64,000 bases of DNA from Felis catus (Eukaryota), in assembly GCF_018350175.1 (NCBI RefSeq), contig NC_058368.1, forward strand, positions 170,254,001-170,318,000. The letters run 5' to 3'. Shown here piece by piece: positions 52,216-64,000 of this stretch (its first letter is position 1; every line of letters begins with the position of its first letter). The notes beneath the pieces were generated by a model. That model worked only from the letters and a program-made list of their open reading frames with translations, was not told the origin of the DNA and made no database searches. The translations under genes and the position numbers were made by a program.

Positions 52216-53474
52216 AGAGTCTCTTAATTAAATAAAATACAAATAATTTCCTTTTATCTCTCAAAGTGCTTTCTCTCATGTTAATATTTTTTATAACCAT
52301 GGTAAAATTACCAAGAACAGATCATTAACATTGGAAATATATTATTAATTAAACTACAGACTTTATTTGAACTCCACCATTTTTTTCCATGAATGTCCTT
52401 TTCTATAGTATCTTAATACTATCCAGGGTCTCACAATGCATTTAATTGTAAAAATTTCAGTCTTTTTTGTTTTTCATCTTTCATGATCGTGACACTTTTG
52501 AAGAGTACTGATTAGTTATGTTGTAACTTGTCCCTTAATTTGGATTTGTCTTAAGTTTTCTCATGGTTGAAATGAGGTGATGAGTCTGGAAAGAATCTCA
52601 TAAACATAGCATTGTGGCTTCCTTCTTATCAAGGGATTTATGTCACCATGTCTCGTTACTGGTGATGTTAACCCTAATTACTTGCTTAGATGGTGTCTGC
52701 TGGGCTTCTCCTCTGTAAAGTTACTGTATGTTCCTTCGTATTTAATATAAGTGTCTTGAAAGAGATACTTTGTAACTATGCAAAGTGTATTTACTCTAAA
52801 ATTTTTATCCACTAATTTTAACATTCAATATACGTTGGTATATCTTGCCTGCAAAAATTGTTACTGTGATGTAAGCCCAGTGGTGATTTCATATTCCTAT
52901 ATTTCCTTTTACATTTACTGATTGGAAATTACATGAGTAATTTTTTCTTCTTATATGTTTATTTATACCAAAATAAACTCATAAATAGAAGGGAAACTTC
53001 AACTGTTGAGTAAAAAGTCACAAAAAATATATCACATTTGTGAATATCTATGCAACAAACAACAGCAACTACCTTTTTAAAGCAAAAAGTAGTCAAGATG
53101 CAAAAAAACAGATATAAGCTAATGATAGCAAATTTTAACATGTCATTCTCAGTATACTATGGATAAAGTGGACAAAAATAAATACTGGTTAACATTAAAG
53201 ATCTAAACAACATAAACAATCATACAGACTTTATAGATATATATCAAATGTTTTATTCTGATACTACAGAATAGATCTTCTTCTAAGTATACCATGGAAC
53301 AAGGTATTTTAATTGAATGTTTACAAAATATTGATCACATATTAGGTTATAAAGTCAACATTAGTAAATTCTATAATGTAGAAATATTATAAAATGTTTT
53401 CTAACCACCATGCAATAGAACATTATTTTAAAAATTTTTTAAAGATTCATTCATTTAAAATTAATAAAATTTTC

Positions 53475-53686
53475 GGGGCGCCTGGGTGGCTCAGTTGGTT
53501 AAGCGTCCGACTTCACCCGGGTCACGATCTCGCGGTCTGTGAGTTCGAGCCCCGCGTCAGGCTCTGAGCTGATGGCTCAGAGCCTGGAGCCTGCTTCCGA
53601 TTCTGTGTCTCCCTCTTTCCCTGCCCTTCCACCATTCATGCTCTATCTCTCTCTGTCTCAAAAATAAATACACGTTAAAAAAAATT
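53475..53686 (+). mobile_element. Felid SINE
   Basis: TSD TAAAATTAATAAAATTTTC. Confidence 0.93.
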
Positions 53687-53805
53687 AAAATTAATAAAAT
53701 TTTCTACTAAGTAGGTCTGGATAAAAAAAGAAAATAAAATCTGAAATGATGCTAACAAAATACTACATATCAAAATTTATGGGATACGTCTAAAACAGTG
53801 CTCAG

Positions 53806-54033
53806 GGGTGCTTGGATGGCTCAGTCAGTTAAGCGTCTGACTTCGGCTGAGGTCATGATCCCCCAGTTTGTGAGTTTGGGCCCCACGTCAAGCTCTGTGC
53901 TGATAGCTCAGAGCCTGGACCCTGCCTCAGATTCTGTGACGCCCTCTGTCTCTGCCCTTCCCCCACTCACATTTTCTCTCTCTCCCTGTCTCTCAAAAAA
54001 TAAATAAATGTTAAAAAAATTTTTTTAATTAAA
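53806..54033 (+). mobile_element. Felid SINE
   Basis: TSD TAAAACAGTG(C/A)TCAG. Confidence 0.92.
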
Positions 54034-54810
54034 TAAAACAGTGATCAGAGGAAAATTCATAGTACTATACACTTTTATCAATTAAATCAAATAATTTAAA
54101 TAAAATTAAATTCCAAGCTTAAAAAAAGCAAGTAAACAAAATATTAAAGGGAAATCATAATTTAGATAAAACAGAATTAATGAGGAAGAGAAAAGAAATA
54201 GATTAGGTATAATTTTGAAATGATTAACAAAGTAGACAAACCACAAGATAATTTGATCAAGAAGCAAAAGGTAAGGCACAAATATACAAAATAAGAAATA
54301 ATAAGAGGCAAACAGTGACATGCAGAAAATTTTAGAAAGTCTAAGAGGCCACTTTGCAGGGCTATGCAAATGTATTTGAATGATTTACTCATGAAATATA
54401 GATGAACAAAAGCAGCATGTTTGAAAATGAAAACTTAGACTAATTTTAGTATAGGCAATCGAAAAAGGTATCAAGGAACTAACCCACAGGAGCACCGGCC
54501 AGATGGTTTCACAGGAGATTTCTAAGAAATGACCAAAAACCATAGGTAGTCACAATGCTCTGTAAATTGTTCTAGAGCACTACAAGTGAAGGACAGCTTC
54601 CTGATTGTTTTTATATAGCAAAAATAACTGAACCTGATAGTACAAAAAATTATGAATCAATATCACTTATGAATATTAATGTAAAATATTTGATAAACTA
54701 CTAGCAGAGGACAAAAACCACATTAAAGAAATTCCATGATCAAGTGGAATTTATTACATGAATGCAGGATTGTTCTGTATTCTAAAACCATCAACATAAC
54801 ACCATTTTAA

Positions 54811-55021
54811 ATTTTTCTTTTTTAACGTTTATTTTTGAGACAGAGAGAGACAGAGCATGAGCAGGGGAGGGTCAGAGAGAGAGGGAGACACAGAATCTGA
54901 AACGGGCTCCAGGCTCCGAGCTGTCAGCACAGAGCCCGACACGGGGCTCGAACTCACAGACCGTAAGATCATGACCTGAGCTGAAGTCGGCCGCTTAACC
55001 GACTGAGCCACCCAGGCGCCC
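54811..55021 (-). mobile_element. Felid SINE
   Basis: TSD CAACATAACACCATTTTAA. Confidence 0.94.
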
Positions 55022-56854
55022 CAACATAACACCATTTTAATAGATGTAAGGAGTAAAACATGAAATTATTCATGTTGAAAAATCCTATGACAAAAACCTA
55101 TTTCTAACAACAACAAAAAAAAAATCAAGAAAAAAGAACTTGATGGATACTCTCTTAACATAACTACATATATAAACCCAAGTTAGGCTTACTTACTAAA
55201 TACACCTGAAAGATATTTCCACTGAGAGTAAGAACAAAACAACAATGCCCACAATCTTGACCCCATTCTACCTAGTACTGCTGTTATTGGCCAATGCAAA
55301 TAGACAAGAGAAATCAATTAGAGACATAAAATTGTTTTTAAAAATCTGAAACTACCCCTATTTGAAGATAAAATTTTTGTATGCCTAGAAAATCCTAATG
55401 CATCAATAATAAGACTTAGAAATTTTAGTAATAGTTAGATAAAAATTAATACACAGAAATTAATTACCTTTCTATATTCAAATAACAGAACATAATGGTA
55501 GGGAGAAAAATCCTTTTTTCAATAGTAAAAAAAAAAGATTAAATACATAGGAACTAAATCAACAAAAAATATGAAAACCCATATAGGTTAAGGGAAGTTT
55601 TTAAACCACTGCTGAAAGATACAAAGGTACAGTATATTTAAAGAAATGGAAAGATTTCTGTTCTTGGATAGGATGACTCAACATCATAATGATGTCAATT
55701 CTTCCTAAATGACTTATAAAGCTGATGCAATCCCAATAAAAATACCTATAAGACTTTATGGAGTTAGACAAGTTAATACTAAAGTTGGTATGAAAAAACA
55801 AATTTGCAAGCCAAGACAAAACTGAAATAGAAAACTCTTGAGAGACATGTAGTCTTGCTAGATATTAAAATACATTGTGAAATCTCTGTAACTAAAACAA
55901 CGTAGGCCAGAGTAGTAATAGATAAACAAACAGAACAGAATATAAAGGTCAGAAATAGATCCAAGTGCATATGAAAATTTAGCATGTGATAAAGGTAGCA
56001 TCTCAAATCAATGCTGGAGAAAAAGATACTCTTTAAATAAAATGTGCTAGACAATAGTTTTGTTACTTGGAAAAAGGCAAAATTAAATACATACCTCAGA
56101 GCTACCAAAGAACTCTAAATGAATCAAAAATCTAAATGTCAAAAAGGAAAAAGGAAAAAGGAAAAGCAAACAGTGTTAGTACTAAAAAAACAAAAACAAA
56201 AACAAAGGGGTGAATTTCTTTATAACCTGGGTGTAGGAAAGGTTTTCTAGCTATGATTGAAAATCCAGACCATACAATTTAAGGTCAATAAACATGACTA
56301 TATAGCATATTTTAAACAATCATAATAAACAAAAAACCCATAAACACATTCAAAGGACAACTGACATTAGAAGCAAATATTTGCAACATAATGCTTCTAT
56401 CCAGAATATATGAAACACTTTTAAAAATGGGTGGAATGAAGTATAAAACAAAAACAAAAATAAACAAACAAAAACACCTGATAGAAAAATGGCAAAGATA
56501 CGACACAGAAAGAGTGTGAAAAAAATATATGAATAGCCTTTAAGTATGGGATAAAATTTTTGCTCTGACTCATAGTTCCAAACACACAAATTAAAACTAT
56601 ACCATAGATACTATTTCTCACCCATGAGGTTAAGGGAAATTTAAAAGTTTGACATATTTTGGCTAGATAATGAGGAAACAGATACTCTGGTGCATTTCTC
56701 ATGGATATTCAACTGGTACAACCCTTTCGGAATAGACTTTACGCATTTACTATTTGACTCAGCAATCCCATATCTAAGGTCATGGCTGCAAGGTGGATCC
56801 AAAAAGAAGAGGAAAATTAACAGGGGCATTATTTGCATAAAGAAAGGAAATATT

Positions 56855-57080
56855 GGGGCACCTGGGTGGCGCAGTCGGTTAAGCGTCCGACTTCAGCCAG
56901 GTCACGATCTCGCGGTCTGCGAGTTCGAGCCCCGCGTCGGGCTCTGGGCTGATGGCTCAGAGCCTGGAGCCTGTTTCCGATTCTGTGTCTCCCTCTCTCT
57001 CTGGCCCTCCCCCGTTCATGCTCTGTCTCTCTCTGTCCCAAAAATAAATAAACGTTGGGAAAAAAAAATTAAAAAAAAAA
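56855..57080 (+). mobile_element. Young felid SINE
   Basis: TSD AAAGAAAGGAAATATT. Confidence 0.95.
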
Positions 57081-57915
57081 AAAAGAAAGGAAATATTTTT
57101 CCTAAAATCCCCCAAAGACTTTCCCTGTTACTCATCAATTCCAAATGTGTCAGATGGTGACTCCTCACTGCAAGGAATTGGGGGAAGCAGGAAGTACTGT
57201 TAGTGGAGCACATTGGCACTCAGTCTGGTTAGTAAGAGTTTGGCTACTAAGGAAAGGAGGATCCTGGGAACTGGGGACACAGCAAGGAGGGCCTGTCACA
57301 GCTGTGTTTTTTACAGGGCGCTCAGTGTCGTCTGATAACCTTCTTGTATTTGTGGAATGTCCCACTTTCTGAATCCCATCTCTCCAAGATTCAGAAGCCA
57401 GAACTCACTTTTCTAAGATCTCTTGTATCTAAGACAGAGAGACATGTGACTTAGAATTTGCAGTCAATGTGCCTGTGTGAAACTTCAGATCAGAAAATGA
57501 AAGAGTACCGCAAAATCCATCTCTTGGTGAGGATATAACCAGAACGTTTTGCTTTTCAGGAATAGTGATGATGAAACAGTATCACTGTTGTAAACTGTGG
57601 TGTCAGTTTCCGGTGGTGGCACATTGGGATCACTTATAAAGCCATGGCATGGAATGGGTTGTGTGTTAGTCCTTACTGCACATCCTCTAAGCCTGGCTCC
57701 TTGGTTCATCCAGGCATGCTGCAAAATACTTGATATAATTTAATATCCTCTGTGTCTGCTAAAACTAGAAATTAAGTATATAAGTATCATAAATACAGTA
57801 TGCTATAAATAACAATCATCTAAACGTATGTAAATATATATGTTAAATATATATAAAATAGTTATGATTATCATTTATATGATATCATTTATATTATATA
57901 ATATATATAATCTGC

Positions 57916-58034
57916 GGGGGCACCTGGGTGGCTTAGTCAGTCAGGTGACCAATTTTGGCCAAGTCATGATCTCACAGTTGGTGAGATTGAGCTCCCCATT
58001 GGGCTCTGTGCTGACAGTGTGGAGTCTGCTTGGG

Positions 58035-58073
<39 letters not shown>

Positions 58074-58135
58074 GCCCCTCTCCCACTTGTGCATGCTCAC
58101 TCTCTCTCTCTCTCAAAATGAATAAAAATTAAACA
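57916..58135 (+). mobile_element. Felid SINE with long (CT)n
   Basis: Head, (CT)n and A-tail. Confidence 0.9.
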
Positions 58136-60959
58136 CTATATATAACATCTGTTTGTTAACTATCCCTCCTAGTATGTAAATCCATATGGACAGGAATCTT
58201 GTCTCTCTTTTTTCATTTTCTCCCTAGAGTCCAGCATAGACCACAGCATGGACTCAATAAATAATTACTGACTTAGGTAATGAATGAGGAAGGAAACTTT
58301 TCCTCTGGTAGGTGAGAAAAGAAAGAGCGGCAAGCTCAAACTTAGATATGTTTGCAGGTGAGATTGTGGGAAGTTGAAGAAATTCTACAGGAAGTTCTAA
58401 ATTATCTTGCACTTTATTCTTTAGGAAATAGAGTGTATAAAACAAATCTGAGCTTTTTTTTCTTTGATGGTTTGGGATTATCATGATAACTATCAATTAT
58501 TGACTATGCCTCAGTAAGATTAGGATAATATTGAAAAACATATATGCTAACACTAGTATTACCATTAAGGTACCATATTCATGTTAGTTTTGTTTGTTTG
58601 TTTGTTTGTTTGTTTTCCTGATTCTTTCCAGTGATTCCCATGATCACTTCTTGTGTTATTTGTAAACTTGTCTGATTCCTGACTTTGAGAAGTTCGCATA
58701 GTATACTGGAGAGAAAATGGATTTTAGAATTCAATCCATTTTTGAATTCTAGTTATATCCTTTACTGCTGTTGTGTCCTTGAGAATGTTACACGCCTTGA
58801 GTTTCAGTTGCCTCTTTGATAACATGAAATTATTCTACCAAATAAATAAAAATATTGAAAATGTTTTTATAAAGTGTGTAAGGTTTTCGTCCATAGTAAG
58901 CTCTCAATAAAATGTAGCTGTTATAAGAAAGTAGACCTTAATCGGTTTAGAACTCTGGGCATTTTAGCCCATTTCTTTGCTATATCAGGCGCCTGATAAA
59001 TGTTTGATTAATTCCATCTGCTGTCAATGAATCTGTTTCCCTTTGTTTTCATTACAACTTGTGTCCTGCTGATGTTGCTGATGTTTTCCCTTTTTCCAGT
59101 CTCTTGTTTCCTTTTTTTATTTTCTCTCTCCAATTACAGCCATTTCTTCATCACACTGTTGCAGTAAAATTTAATTCATGTATATATCTCACGAGACAGT
59201 ACTTGTTCTAGGTGCAAAATCATGCTGTAATTTTCTCTCTTCTAGTTTCTCCAAATGTCTGTTTTGGTTTTGTTTCTTTGGTGTCTCTCCTCCAGCAGAG
59301 GATTTTTTGCTTATTTTTGTTTCTGTGGTTAGAGAGGTCATTTGAGGGGTACTTATCTTAAACACGCTTTGCTGACTGAAGAAGACATTTACAGTGCAGC
59401 CTCTCCAATTTCCTATTGAAATACCTCCTAGAGAAATAAAAGAAAAAAGAAAACTCAAAGCAACAAAAATGAGGACTGTCAGTCAACCAGCTGTCAGAAT
59501 CCCAAAGGACTTTTCACTTATTAAATATTAGGAAACCTCACTGTAGGTCGCTATCAGAGACTGACCCACAGGAAATAAAGCGATGCTGGTGTCCGAAGAT
59601 AGGAATACTGTCTATGTTTTTTACCTCCTTTGCTCAATCCTATTTTTGTGTTTTAGTCAAGGAAGGAACCTTTACTATTATGTGCTGACAAAGTTCCAAT
59701 GCTAACCAAAGGTTGAACTGCCAGAATAGACTCCTACGAAACATTCAGGTATCTATTCTCAGTAGGTAAGTCTATTAGGCTTTACAGACCCAAAGAGCTC
59801 TTCAAATAGCATCAGAAGCCAGAGTTCTATAATTGGCTCTGAAACCCAACTCTAGGAACATCAGAAGGTCAGAGTTATTGCAGCTCTAATTTGGGATTTG
59901 GAATAATAAACTCTTCATAGTTTGAGAACATAACTTACTTAAAAGCAAATCATCTTTTTGTCATCCTTCAGGTACATGTGGGTTTATTCTGTTTTACAGG
60001 TGTTTGTTTTTTCTTCTGCCCACACTCTACCACTTCCAAGCCCAGGAGTATCTAAGTACATAAGGTTGGAGGTGGTGCCATTGAGGAGCAGAGCCTTGAT
60101 ACATGTAAAATATTGTAATGGAGTGTACAAACTGCCTTGTCATTTGTTTCATCAGTGATTGGCAAAGATGGGTATGCATTTAATTTGGGCTTTTGTAGTT
60201 TGCAATGGCCTATTCAGTCACTTGTGATAACTGACTTTAGTTAATTGTAACTTTGGTGGGGGTTATCTGAACCAAGGTAAATAGTACCAAGGACTTTCCT
60301 AATCATATAATTGGAGAAAGATGTGAAATAATAGATGGTTGTGGTTGTGATAATTTCTTACAAAGAAACTGATAACCAATACCATTAATGGTTTTACAAC
60401 ACCTTTTCAGAGAATCTGCACTGATCAAGAAAGAGGGATAAATTGCAGTTATTTATGGCCATTGGGAAGAGAAAAAAATGAACACCTTATAACTGTGATG
60501 TCTTCTGACTTTAACCACTACGCTTTAGTCTCATAAGGGATACAGATGGCAGGGATCACCAGTCACTTTCTACAGACTAGGAATCTGACAGGTTCAGAGA
60601 GGCTTTCTGTCCCAGCAATACCGTGCATACAGCAAACCAGCCAAACCTGGACAGGACCTCTACTTTTCCTAAGTCTACCCCCACAATTCTCATTGCTAGA
60701 CCACTGTGCCTGCTTGCCATGTCTATTCAACACTTGGTTGGCAGTCAACTAAATAAGGAAGCTGGGAAGCATTAAAGTGTTTAGCTTTAAGCTGTAATGC
60801 CCAATATAAGAGTGGGAGTTGGAATGAGACCTACCAGCTGTTACATTATTTTATAAGATACTTTATTAAACCAGATAAACTGTCATATTATATACAGCCC
60901 ATGACCTAATTAGCAGATCCCCCATCTACTCTTCCTGTATCAGCTACTCGGTAAAACTG

Positions 60960-61410
60960 GTTCTATTTTTCTGGTTTTATTGAGGTAAAATTGACATATA
61001 GCACTATGTAAGTTTAAAGTGTACAGAAGCATGATTTGACTTACAGATATTGAGAAATGATTATACTACAGTAAGTTTAGTTAGCATCCATCATCTAATA
61101 TAGATACAAGAAAAAAAGAAAAAAAAGGTTTTTTACCTTGTGATGAAAACTCTTAAGATCTACTCTCTCAACAACTTTCAAATATGCCATATAGCAGTGT
61201 TAATTACAGTCATGATGTGGTACATGACATCCCTAGTACTTATTTATCTCGTAACCGAGAGGTTGTACTTTGACTAGTTTCATTTGATTACTCCTCCCCC
61301 AACCCCACTGCTGGTAACCACAAATCTGATCTCTTTTTTTTTCTGTGAGTTTGGGTTTTTTAATTTCATTTTTTTTAGATTCTACATATAAACGAGATTA
61401 CATGGTGTTT
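60960..61410 (-). mobile_element. L1 3'UTR fragment (L1MA-like)
   Basis: ttttattgaggtaaaattgacata...ctcttaagatctactctctcaacaactttcaa...ggtaaccacaaatctgatctc. Confidence 0.7.
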
Positions 61411-61615
61411 AATTTTATTGCATGTTAATAAAAGCACTTAAGACTGAGATGGAATTCTGTTTCTAGAGTTTCTTCAGTGTTTGGAAAGGCTCACTTAGAG
61501 CTTATAAAACTTTATGAGGCTGGAGATGAACTGGAAGAAATTAATAAGCAGTTGAAAAGGCTTACAAACTAACAACCAAGATGGTTTAGCTTCCACATTC
61601 AAGAATGCACCTGTT

Positions 61616-62322
61616 TAAATCAGGAGACTATAGATGCTGGAGAGGATGTGGAGAAATGGGAACCCTCTTGCACTGTTGGTGGGAATGCAAACTGGTGCAG
61701 CCACTCTGGAAAACAGTGTGGAGGTTCCACAGAAAATTAAAAATAGACCTACCCTATGACCCAGCAGTAGCACTGCTAGGAATTTATCCAAGGGATACAG
61801 GAATACTGATGCATAGGGGCACTTGTACCCCAATGTTTATAGCAGCACTCTCAACAATAGCCAAATTGTGGAAAGAGCCTAAATGTCCATCAACTGATGA
61901 ATGGATAAAGAAATTGTGGTTTATATACACAATGGAGTACTACATGGCAATGAGAAAGAACGAAATATGGCCCTTTGTAGCAATGTGGATGGAACTGGAG
62001 AGTGTGATGCTAAGTGAAATAAGCCATACAGAGAAAGACAGATACCGTATGTTTTCACTCTTATGTGGATCCCGAGAAACTTAACAGAAACCCATGGGGG
62101 AGGGAAAGGAAAAAAAAAAAAGAGGTTAGAGTGGGAGAGAGCCAAAGCATAAGAGACTCTTAAAAACTGAGAACAAACTGAGGGTTGATGGGGGGTGGGA
62201 GGGAGGGGAGGGTGGGTGATGGGTATTGAGGAGGGCACCTTTTGGGATGAGCACTGGGTGTTGTATGGAAACCAATTTGACAATAAATTGCATATATTGA
62301 AAAAAAAATTAAAAAAAAAAAA
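61616..62322 (+). mobile_element. Young 5'-truncated felid L1 (3' end)
   Basis: Open ORF2 C-terminus, 3'UTR and polyA. Perfect TSD AAGAATGCACCTGTT at 61601-61615 and 62323-62337. Confidence 0.95.
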
Positions 62323-62461
62323 AAGAATGCACCTGTTCTGCTCCAGGATGAATTGGTATTTGGTTATCTGAGATCTATGTTGACTTGTGAATCACTAAAA
62401 ATATTTCTGCATGACCTTAGTTTCAGTCTTGTCTTTAGATGTTTGGATAAAGAAAGCATGA

Positions 62462-62683
62462 GGGGCGCCTGGGTGGCTCAGTCGGTTAAGCGCCCGACTT
62501 TGGCTCAGGTCATGATCTCACGGTCTGTGAATTCGAGCCCTGCGTCCAGCTCTGTGCTGACAGCTCAGAGCCTGGTGCCCATTTCAGATTCTGTGTCTCC
62601 CTCTCTCTCTGCCCCTCCCCTGTTCACGCTCTGTCTCTCTCTGTCTCAAAAATAAATAAACGTGTAAAAAAATTTAAAAAAAA
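62462..62683 (+). mobile_element. Felid SINE
   Basis: TSD AAAGAAAGCATGAG. Confidence 0.94.
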
Positions 62684-62942
62684 AAAGAAAGCATGAGACA
62701 TCATGATAGTAAGACATTTGGCATCATTTTATAAATGAGGAAACATTTGGGAGGACAAAATTATTTTACTCAAGCTAAGAAAGTACTAAAATAGTCATCT
62801 TAAAACAGACATCTTTAAAACAATTGCTTTTCTCTGATTTTTAGTTACTTTACTTTAGTGTTGGATCATTTGAAATTAGAGAGCCTGGCTAGGATGGTAG
62901 CATTGTCACCAATCATGATACTTGATTAAAATTGTAAATCTT

Positions 62943-63166
62943 GGGGCGCCTGGGTGGCGCAGTCGGTTAAGCGTCCGACTTCAGCCAGGTCACGATCTCA
63001 CGGTCCGTGAGTTCGAGCCCCGCGTCAGGCTCTGGGCTGATGGCTCGGAGCCTGGAGCCTGTTTCCGATTCTGTGTCTCCCTCTCTCTCTGCCCCTCCCC
63101 CGTTCATGCTCTGTCTCTCTCTGTCCCCCAAAAAAAATAAATAAATGTTGAAAAAAAATTTTTTTT
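62943..63166 (+). mobile_element. Young felid SINE
   Basis: TSD AATTGTAAATCTT. Confidence 0.95.
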
Positions 63167-63340
63167 AATTGTAAATCTTCAGCTTGTTTACTATAAGAAG
63201 AGATTACTGATGCTACAATCCTTGTAGTATTTTAAAGGTAGGATCAAGCAACTTAATAGCTATAAATTACATAGTATGGTGTCTATGACATAACTTTAAT
63301 TGAATGCTGAAGATCTATTGTTATTTAATAGTAGTTTCTT

Positions 63341-63765
63341 GGGGCACCTGGGTGGACTTCAGTGCCAGACTTCAGCTCAGGTCATGATCTCATGGTTCAT
63401 GGGTTTGAGCTCCACATTGGGCTCTGTGCTGAGCTCAAAGCCTGGAGTCTGCTTCAGATTCTGTGTCTCCTTCTCTCTCTGCCCCTCCCATGCTCATGCT
63501 CTGTCTCTCTCTCAAAAATAAATGAACATTGGGGTAGCTGGGTGGCTCAGTTAGTTAAGCGTCCAACTTCAGCTCAGGTCATGATCTCATAGTTCCTCAG
63601 TTCGAGCCCCACGTCGGGCTCTGTGCTCACAGCTCAGCCTGGAGCCTGCCTCACATTCCATGTTTCCCTCTCTCTCTGCCCCATCCCCACACATACTCTG
63701 TCTCTCTCTGTCTTAAAAGAAATAAAACATTTTTAAAAAAATAAATAAATATTTAAAAAATTTTA
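63341..63765 (+). mobile_element. Two tandem felid SINEs (second inserted in the tail of the first)
   Basis: Outer TSD AATAGTAGTTTCTT at 63327-63340 and 63766-63779. Second head starts at ~63531. Confidence 0.9.
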
Positions 63766-64000
63766 AATAGTAGTTTCTTAAATGATAACAATCAGGCGAT
63801 GGGACCATGTTTTTCCTGCTTCTGGAGAAGAAAACTAGAAAAATGATGTGAGTGAGAAGGAATAGGGATTAGAAAAGAATAAGGTAAAATCAATTATATT
63901 TATTAATTTTAATCCACCTTATCTAGGAATAGATCATATCAAACTTTGGGAGGAAACTATGTATTATGAAGTACATATCAAACATTAGAAATATTCTTTT

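Larger units (their letters stand above)
53100..56770 (+). mobile_element. Old, A-rich L1 ORF2 relic carrying three SINE insertions
   Basis: Colinear degenerate ORF2 motifs (ttgatcacatattagg; ccagatggtttcacagg; catgatcaagtggaattt; ctgttcttggatagga; tttgactcagcaatccca). Confidence 0.75.

Noticed and set aside
56690..57160. Recurrent ORFs containing GAPGWRSRLSVRLQPGHDL or WVAQSVKRPT
   Set aside because: These are translations of Can-SINEs, not genes.

Overview
Eukaryotic (felid) genomic DNA, judged by abundant SINEC_Fc-type tRNA-derived Can-SINEs and carnivore L1s. The window holds the complete + strand gene SLC25A46: 8 coding exons between 17694 and 43335, all introns GT-AG, 1260 nt CDS giving 419 aa, a CpG-island promoter with tandem ETS/GABP sites, an E-box and an RFX X-box, and a probable ~3.7 kb 3'UTR. 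A second CpG-rich promoter with a minus-strand splice donor at ~8.1 kb is probably the non-coding first exon of the divergent neighbour TMEM232 (synteny inference only). The rest is mostly transposon-derived: ~28 SINEs, several L1s, MER44, Charlie1-type, MLT1, MIR and L2 relics. I see no new protein-coding system. The most unusual feature is a full-length, decayed L1 in intron 7 whose 16-bp target-site duplication also encloses 372 bp of GC-rich sequence beyond the L1 start, a candidate 5' transduction or chimeric retrocopy. Other notable items are a palindromic 29-bp AT-rich array, a twin-primed inverted L1, closely spaced inverted SINE pairs in the pre-mRNA, and a (CA)21 tract abutting the exon 3 acceptor. 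Repeat family names come from recognition of consensus sequences, not a database search.
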